NCBI GenBank assembly: GCA_949373235.1 | Contig: CASICQ010000003.1 | Coordinates: forward strand, 179,076 to 243,075 | Direction of reading: 5' to 3' | Source of the DNA: Candidatus Poseidoniaceae archaeon | GTDB lineage: Archaea > Thermoplasmatota > Poseidoniia > Poseidoniales > Poseidoniaceae | DNA length: 64,000 nt | Part shown: one piece after another, positions 58,175-64,000 of the stretch | Position numbering within the stretch: the stretch's first letter is position 1 | Layout: every line of letters starts with the position of its first letter | Notes under the pieces: model-generated | Told to the model about the DNA's origin: nothing | The model's input: the letters and a program-made list of their open reading frames with translations, nothing else | Database searches by the model: none | Made by a program: the position numbers and the translations under genes

Positions 58175-59197
58175 ATGGGCGCCCACACCGTACACTGTGG
58201 CGGCCACATCACGTTGTTGTTCTCTATTTGGAAGGACGCTCGGCTTGCTCGTTTTCAAGGCAGCAGAGGGGCGGGGTTCAACGTCGTTGACGGCGTGGAA
58301 GCGACCATCAAGCACTTCGACACAAACGAACCGTTGGAGCCAGGTCTTCTCTCCCAAGGGTCTGAACTCGATGAGCCGCCCGTGCAGGCTGGAGACGGTG
58401 AAATTCGATTGAGTGTTACCTCGATGGATGGCACTGCAATTGCCCATTCGACCGAACTTTACACCGATCTAATCGAAGCCTTGCGTGAAGTCCGATTGAT
58501 TGACCACTCCGAGAGTTTTGATGTTGAAGTCACATTGAGTTTGCCGGTAAGTCAAGGCTTTGGCATGTCAGCTGCAGGCCTGGTTGCGGTCGCTCGAGCG
58601 TTTCATCTGCACAGTGGTATCGGCAAGGATGATCAATACTTACGAATCGCTCATCGCATCGAAAGACTTCACAGCGGAGGTCTTGGCGACGTGCTTGGGA
58701 TTGCAGCAGGTGGCGTTGAACTTCGCTTAGAAGCAGGGGCGCCAGGCGTTGGGGGCAAGGCCGTAGGGTTCCAGACGCAGCAACCCGTTCTGTTGGTTTG
58801 GAAGCCCGATGAGTCAAGGCACACATCGAATTACATCGATGATGAGAAATGGCAGCAATCCATTTCCAAAGCTGGTGAGAAAGCCGTACGAACCCTTCGA
58901 TTGAAGCCTTGGGGCCCTGAACGGTGGCCTGATTTGATGTTGGAATCACGGACCTTCGCGCAGGCTTCAGATTTGCTTGAAGAGCCCGAACGAAAAACGT
59001 TGAATGAAACCGTCATGAACGAACTTCGAAAATTGGACCTCCAATCGCGCGTCTATGTACGCCTGTGCATGCTTGGCGTGTCGTTGGCCATTTTGCCAAG
59101 GCGTCTTGAAGAGCCGCTTACACATGAAGAAATGGAACGCATCGCTGTAGCGTTGAGAAGCCTCAACCTTGGCGTGCGCCACACTTCCATTTCCTGA
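58175..59197 (+). CDS. Pantoate kinase (GHMP family)
   Basis: GHITLLF, GSRGAG, LPVSQGFGMSAA, AHRIE..GLGDV, CMLG. Confidence 0.85.
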   Translation: MGAHTVHCGGHITLLFSIWKDARLARFQGSRGAGFNVVDGVEATIKHFDTNEPLEPGLLSQGSELDEPPVQAGDGEIRLSVTSMDGTAIAHSTELYTDLIEALREVRLIDHSESFDVEVTLSLPVSQGFGMSAAGLVAVARAFHLHSGIGKDDQYLRIAHRIERLHSGGLGDVLGIAAGGVELRLEAGAPGVGGKAVGFQTQQPVLLVWKPDESRHTSNYIDDEKWQQSISKAGEKAVRTLRLKPWGPERWPDLMLESRTFAQASDLLEEPERKTLNETVMNELRKLDLQSRVYVRLCMLGVSLAILPRRLEEPLTHEEMERIAVALRSLNLGVRHTSIS

Positions 59198-60295
59198 TCA
59201 ATCGGTAGCGTCAAACGCTCTCAAATCAAGAACATTAGCGTCCAAAAGGGTGCAACCGGGCATGAAGAGGTTCTCGCTGAAACCGTGACGATAAACCACT
59301 GCGCCGCTGCCCCATTCCTCGATGTAACGGTCCATTTGCTTGGCCATTTTCTTTCGCTGGAATTCGACATCTGCACCGTAAAAATGCTTGGCATCAATCC
59401 ACGCAACGGGCCGTTCGTTGATGTAGACGTGATCGAGGAACAGGATGTCAGGGGTTCGGACTGGCCGGCCAAGGGTTTGTTTTTGTTCCTTGACCATTTC
59501 TGGTTGCCTGCGAAGTCGAACACCTTGTTCTTCGAACCAGTCGGCAAGAATGTCTTCGAAAAGATCAGCTTTCTCTTGGGATTCACCTTGGTCCACATTG
59601 GAAACTCGGTCTGCGGCTTCCGCTGCTTCAAATTCATCGCGCTCGCGCTGCTTCAGCCGACTTGGTTCTCGCAGACTTTCCTTGATCTTGGTCTTCGACC
59701 AACGCATTTCTGCCAATATCAAACGGAAGACGTTCATTGGTGGACCGTCGAAACGTTGGGAAATATCAACCACGCTCACGCCCTCTTTGTAAAGGCGAAG
59801 CATGTCTTTCCCACGGGACCTTAAACGCCCGTGGCCATAGACCGTTTTTTGCTGCATCAAGGCTGAGCGGAGCGAAAGTGCTTGGTCGAGCGTCATGTTA
59901 TGATCGCTGACAATGACGGCTAATTCGTCAACACGTTCGTCATCAAGCCATCCAAACTCTCCCCGACGGAGCACCAACTTGGAAAGTGCTTCTTCATCCT
60001 TGAGCGGAACAGGTTCTGTGGTCCATGTGAAGTTGAAGGTGCGTGGTTCTTCCATGCCCTCTGGGAATCCGAGCGGGGCCTCGTCGCGGTCAAAGCGCTT
60101 ATTCGCACTCAAATCCATCGTTGCAATGCTCTCAGCATGCCGTTCCTGGAGCAGGGCTTTTGAGGTTCCACCGTACCGTTTTGGACGGCGATTGGAGCCG
60201 CTTCGGCTTGAACGATTGTTGCGCGAACGGCCCCGATTGTTTCCCCTTTTTTCCGAGGAATTGGAACGCTTTTCGTCCCCATTTTGGCCGCTCAT
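59198..60295 (-). CDS. CDIN1/C15orf41-like TPD-motif PD-(D/E)xK nuclease
   Basis: FE, RTPDILF, WIDAK, QMDRY..EWGSGAVVYRHGF; preceded by an HTH-like region and an Arg/Asn/Ser-rich N-terminus. Confidence 0.75.
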   Translation of the reverse strand: MSGQNGDEKRSNSSEKRGNNRGRSRNNRSSRSGSNRRPKRYGGTSKALLQERHAESIATMDLSANKRFDRDEAPLGFPEGMEEPRTFNFTWTTEPVPLKDEEALSKLVLRRGEFGWLDDERVDELAVIVSDHNMTLDQALSLRSALMQQKTVYGHGRLRSRGKDMLRLYKEGVSVVDISQRFDGPPMNVFRLILAEMRWSKTKIKESLREPSRLKQRERDEFEAAEAADRVSNVDQGESQEKADLFEDILADWFEEQGVRLRRQPEMVKEQKQTLGRPVRTPDILFLDHVYINERPVAWIDAKHFYGADVEFQRKKMAKQMDRYIEEWGSGAVVYRHGFSENLFMPGCTLLDANVLDLRAFDATD

Positions 60296-60334
60296 TGAAC
60301 AAGGTCGGCGTCGAGGCTCCATGAACACTCGCTT

Positions 60335-60859
60335 TCATTCTGATTCGGTATCAAGCGATTCAAGAGAGGGTGGAATCTCGAGGCTGCCCGCCGTGCAGGC
60401 ATCATGCAACCACTGTTTGGCCATCGCTCTTGGCAATCGATTCACCCGGCCTTGCATGAATTTCGCCCACCAACGGGTGTTCCACCATGCTGCTATTTCG
60501 ACGCCACCGTCCTCTTCGCCCCATACCGTCACCGACAAGCGCAGATCTGCGATAGCAGTACCAAGGGGGCGCCCCTCGCGTTGCTGGCCTTGCCAAATGA
60601 ACTCTATTTCCAGAAAGTGGGGCGATGCACTCGTTCTGACGCTCTTCACAGTCCACATCTCTTCAATCAAACGTTGGCGTTCAATGCGATGCAGATCAAA
60701 CCGTTGACCTTCGACGAGTTGACCGTTTTGAGCGGAAAGAATGCGTCCTGCTGAAGTGTGCCAACTTGGCCACCGGTCAAGGTGGAGAAGGTTCACCATG
60801 ACCTCCTTGCAGGCATGGGGCTCGAGCGGCTGACGCCATACACCGTTTGGGGCCTCCAT
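60335..60859 (-). CDS. SRPBCC/START-like protein
   Basis: EVMVNLLHLDRWPSW and GQRF patterns; start moved to ATG 60859. Confidence 0.5.
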   Translation of the reverse strand: MEAPNGVWRQPLEPHACKEVMVNLLHLDRWPSWHTSAGRILSAQNGQLVEGQRFDLHRIERQRLIEEMWTVKSVRTSASPHFLEIEFIWQGQQREGRPLGTAIADLRLSVTVWGEEDGGVEIAAWWNTRWWAKFMQGRVNRLPRAMAKQWLHDACTAGSLEIPPSLESLDTESE

Positions 60860-60943
60860 GAACTCCCGTTGAAGGAATTCTCTTTGAAGCCGTCGGGTAC
60901 GAAAGAAGCGGGGTTTCAAATGCAATAAGTCAATCGGAAAACC

Positions 60944-63652
60944 ATGCGATGCGCATTCACGGCGGCCATTTCTTTGCTTTTCGTGTTTGCATCGTTCTCG
61001 GCAGGGGTGGCGAACCCACCAAACCTGCTGGATTCAACAGACCAGCCAAAGCATGTTGAGGGTGACAACGCAACCGCTGAATTGGCCTATGGCTGGGCGA
61101 CGAGTGCGGGAGGCGCTCTCGACGATTTCATTTCCCAATCCGCAACCTACGCCAATGGCACATTCATTGTAGCAGGCAGCTATGAAGGCGACATGCAGTT
61201 TCGCGACCAAATCGATGGTCATGGGGCAACGGGTGGATCAAACGATCGAGATGCGGTCTTAGGATGGGTGAACCCCAACGGAACGTGGAACGCAAGCCTT
61301 GCGTTTGGAACAACCGGCATTGATTCGATTGAATCTGTGGCTCTGCTGCCGAGCGGTGATGTGATTGTTGCAGGAAACTATTGCTTGAACAGCGCTGGCT
61401 TCGAGTGTCAATTGACGCTGGGCGATCTTTCGCCGTTAACAAAATCAGAAGAAGATGATGATGGCAACGTCTTCCTTGCACGGCTCAACGGGGATGGAAC
61501 ATGGGTCTGGGCTGAACAAGTTGGGAACGCCTATGACAACTTCGTGTTCGACATGCTGGTGACATCCTCAAATGAAATTCACCTCGGTGTATTGTACAGG
61601 GATTCGTTGGAATTCAACGGTGAAATCATCCCTGCCGGAGAGCAAATGAACTTGCTGGTTGCCATCTTTAACGAAGGCGGACAGGTGCTCTCACACGTTG
61701 ATCTTGGCTCCCAAAATGGAATCGAATCAATTGGTGGTTTTTGCCAAGACGGCGCAGGCCAAACCTATGTTTCAGCAACCTTCTATGGCGAAATACTGGT
61801 TGGGGAAACTCTGCTTGTATCCCAAGGCGAAACGGATGTTTTGGTTGCTTCCTACCAAACCAATGAATGGACTTGGGCCATTTCAGGTGGCGGCCTTATG
61901 GAAGACCGTGCATGGGGTTGCTCTGGTTCCCCCACCCAAGGACTCAGTGTCGTTGGCGAACTTGTTGGCAACACTACTTTTGGGACCTTTTCAACCGAAG
62001 CAACCAGCAGCACCGACATGTTGCTTGGATTGGTTTCTTCTTCAGGAGCTTGGACAAGCATCGTTCAAGCCGGTGGCGTTGGCATCGACCGCGCAACAGG
62101 TGTTGTGACAAACCCTCAAGGTGACATCACAATCACCGGGACGACTTCGGCAGGTTTGACGATTGGCGTCGATGTGCTCCCTGATTTGGATGGAATAAAC
62201 GATGACCTTCACAACGATATTTTCCTCGCCACATACTTGGAAAACGGTACTTGGGCATGGGCCGTATCTGCTGGTGGCGATGGCAACGATGAGCCAACCG
62301 ATCTCACATTCGCTCTTGATGGATCGCCTCTTCTCACATTCATGCTCAGTGGAACTGCAAACATTGGCACCCATACAGCCACCAGTTACGGTGGGTATGA
62401 CGTCGGTGTTTGGTTGTACCAAACCGACCGCGATAGCGATGGAATCCTCGACGGCGAGGACAATTGCCCTCGAGTCGCAAACACTCCCCAAGCCAACCAT
62501 GACAACGATTTGTTCGGTGATGATTGCGATGAGGACGACGACAACGACGGCATGAGTGACGTCGAAGATGATTGCCCAACGGGAGCGATGGCTTGGACTT
62601 CCGATGCTTCAACGGATCACGACAGCGATGGATGCCAAGACGACGGGGAAGACTTTGATGATGATGAAGACACCGTGTTTGATTTCAATGACTTGTGCCC
62701 ACTTGGACCCGTAGGCTGGATTTCAACACCAGAAGAAGACAATGAAGGCGATGGATGCGCGGACTACGACACCGATGAAGATGGGTTCATCGACCAAATG
62801 GACAACTGCCCCTCGCTGCCAAACCCTACACAGAGCGATATCGACCAAGACGGACTCGGCGACGCATGTGATGTCGATGAAGATGGTGACGGGATTGCTG
62901 CCCCTCAGGACAACTGCCCCCGAGACGCCCCAGGTTGGACATCCAACCTCATCAACGACCACGATCAAGATGGGTGCCACGACTCAATAACCGACGATGA
63001 TGACGATAACGATGGTGTTCAAGATTCAAACGATGCTTGCCCGAGCGGAGATGTGGCTTGGAACAGTGCCAATGCCACGGTTGTCCTCGACCACGATCAA
63101 GATGGCTGCAAAGACGCAACAGAGGACCAGGACGACGACAACGATGGCGTCAATGATGCAATCGATGCTTGCCCTGTCGGGTTGATTGGGGTTGCGCTTC
63201 AGGGCCAAGATGCGGACGCAGACGGTTGCATTGATGGCGTTGAAGATGAAGACGATGACAACGATGGCGTCCTCGATGCAATCGATGCTTGCCCTCAAAC
63301 GCCCGCTGGTGCCGAAGTCGGGGTCCAAGGTTGCAGCATGACGCAACTCGATGACGACCGCGATGGCGTCTCAAATGCGGCTGATATGTGCCTCAACAGT
63401 TCGCCTGGAAGGCTGGTCGATGCGAGCGGTTGCGCCATCCTCAACCAAACCGATGAACCGATCTCAACTCAAGACGATTCGAGCAGCCTCACGACTGCTT
63501 TGTTTATCATCGCCGCTTTCTTGTTGCTGTTGGCTGGTGTTGTGGCTTCAAATGGAAAGCCTCAACCAAAACAAACTCAACACATCACGCCTCCAAAGCG
63601 GCCTGCTGATCTTGATGAAGCCATTGCAATCAGCGCTGAAGAGCAAGAATAA
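60944..63652 (+). CDS. Secreted beta-propeller (SBBP-like) + TSP3 repeats + C-terminal TM
   Basis: Signal peptide; repeated GxWxWAxSxGG blades; DNCP / DxDxDGC repeats; TM ALFIIAAFLLLLAGVVA. Confidence 0.82.
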   Translation: MRCAFTAAISLLFVFASFSAGVANPPNLLDSTDQPKHVEGDNATAELAYGWATSAGGALDDFISQSATYANGTFIVAGSYEGDMQFRDQIDGHGATGGSNDRDAVLGWVNPNGTWNASLAFGTTGIDSIESVALLPSGDVIVAGNYCLNSAGFECQLTLGDLSPLTKSEEDDDGNVFLARLNGDGTWVWAEQVGNAYDNFVFDMLVTSSNEIHLGVLYRDSLEFNGEIIPAGEQMNLLVAIFNEGGQVLSHVDLGSQNGIESIGGFCQDGAGQTYVSATFYGEILVGETLLVSQGETDVLVASYQTNEWTWAISGGGLMEDRAWGCSGSPTQGLSVVGELVGNTTFGTFSTEATSSTDMLLGLVSSSGAWTSIVQAGGVGIDRATGVVTNPQGDITITGTTSAGLTIGVDVLPDLDGINDDLHNDIFLATYLENGTWAWAVSAGGDGNDEPTDLTFALDGSPLLTFMLSGTANIGTHTATSYGGYDVGVWLYQTDRDSDGILDGEDNCPRVANTPQANHDNDLFGDDCDEDDDNDGMSDVEDDCPTGAMAWTSDASTDHDSDGCQDDGEDFDDDEDTVFDFNDLCPLGPVGWISTPEEDNEGDGCADYDTDEDGFIDQMDNCPSLPNPTQSDIDQDGLGDACDVDEDGDGIAAPQDNCPRDAPGWTSNLINDHDQDGCHDSITDDDDDNDGVQDSNDACPSGDVAWNSANATVVLDHDQDGCKDATEDQDDDNDGVNDAIDACPVGLIGVALQGQDADADGCIDGVEDEDDDNDGVLDAIDACPQTPAGAEVGVQGCSMTQLDDDRDGVSNAADMCLNSSPGRLVDASGCAILNQTDEPISTQDDSSSLTTALFIIAAFLLLLAGVVASNGKPQPKQTQHITPPKRPADLDEAIAISAEEQE

Positions 63653-63728
63653 CCAACAAAACCAAGCGCATTGCTTTTTGGTCATCCATTCCCACTTATT
63701 ATATAAAAAAAGAAATGAAGCCTCGCTC

Positions 63729-64000
63729 ATGAAGACAAGCCTGAGGGTCCTTATCGCCGCTCTAATGATGTTGATGATTGCATCTGTTCCTGCTATTGAA
63801 GGCAATTCCAGCGGAAAACACAACCAAGGTGCTGCTGGATGCACGTGCCATAGCAACGCAGGCGGCGTGACCGTGGGTGAGAATTTCCCCTCAGTCTACA
63901 CTGCAGGTCAGTCATACGCCATCACAATTGATGTCAATGGAGGCACGCAAGCCTTCATCGGTGGATTTTCTCTTCAAGTTGACAAAGGAACACTCGGCAA
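63729..64000 (+). CDS. Secreted Reeler/choice-of-anchor-V-like protein, 3'-truncated by window edge (not in the ORF track)
   Basis: MKTSLRVLIAALMMLMIASVPAIEGNSSGKH...GCTCH...FPSVYTAGQSYAITI...GGFSLQVDKGTL; TATA-like TTATATAAA about 30 nt upstream. Confidence 0.7.
   Translation, partial: MKTSLRVLIAALMMLMIASVPAIEGNSSGKHNQGAAGCTCHSNAGGVTVGENFPSVYTAGQSYAITIDVNGGTQAFIGGFSLQVDKGTLG

Noticed and set aside
62420-63430. Asp-rich DNA repeats as VNTR or DGR template/variable repeats
   Set aside because: They are explained by degenerate TSP3 protein repeats; no reverse transcriptase and no adenine-specific repeat pair was seen.

Overview
Densely coding archaeal chromosomal segment, most consistent with Marine Group II Euryarchaeota (Ca. 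Poseidoniales). That assignment is inferred from the archaeal informational genes, PGF-CTERM proteins and several acidic TSP3-repeat surface proteins. Housekeeping genes: uvrB, dys, prs, rpl7ae-rps28e-rpl24e-ndk-infB, GINS, rps10-tuf, pyk, polB, ilvE, srp19, rps8e, eno, pantoate kinase, tRNA-Ile(GAT) and tRNA-Leu(CAA). No transposase, integrase, rRNA or CRISPR array was seen. Best leads: (1) a three-gene surface cassette with a 4xFAS1-cupredoxin-PGF protein and an HmuY-like domain nested in a pilin-like scaffold; (2) parA followed by a kink-turn-containing structured intergenic element, an RHH protein and a truncated PIN-like protein; (3) a ~520-bp AT-rich intergenic region with repeated motifs, a candidate origin; (4) a CDIN1/C15orf41-like TPD nuclease; (5) a doubly anchored protein with 18 two-Cys LDLa-like repeats; (6) a kink-turn covering the rpl7ae start codon; (7) a zinc-finger-like insert in aIF5B beside a Zn-ligand-depleted L24e; (8) an unannotated 42-aa Cys microprotein. 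All family calls come from motif recognition by eye, not database searches.
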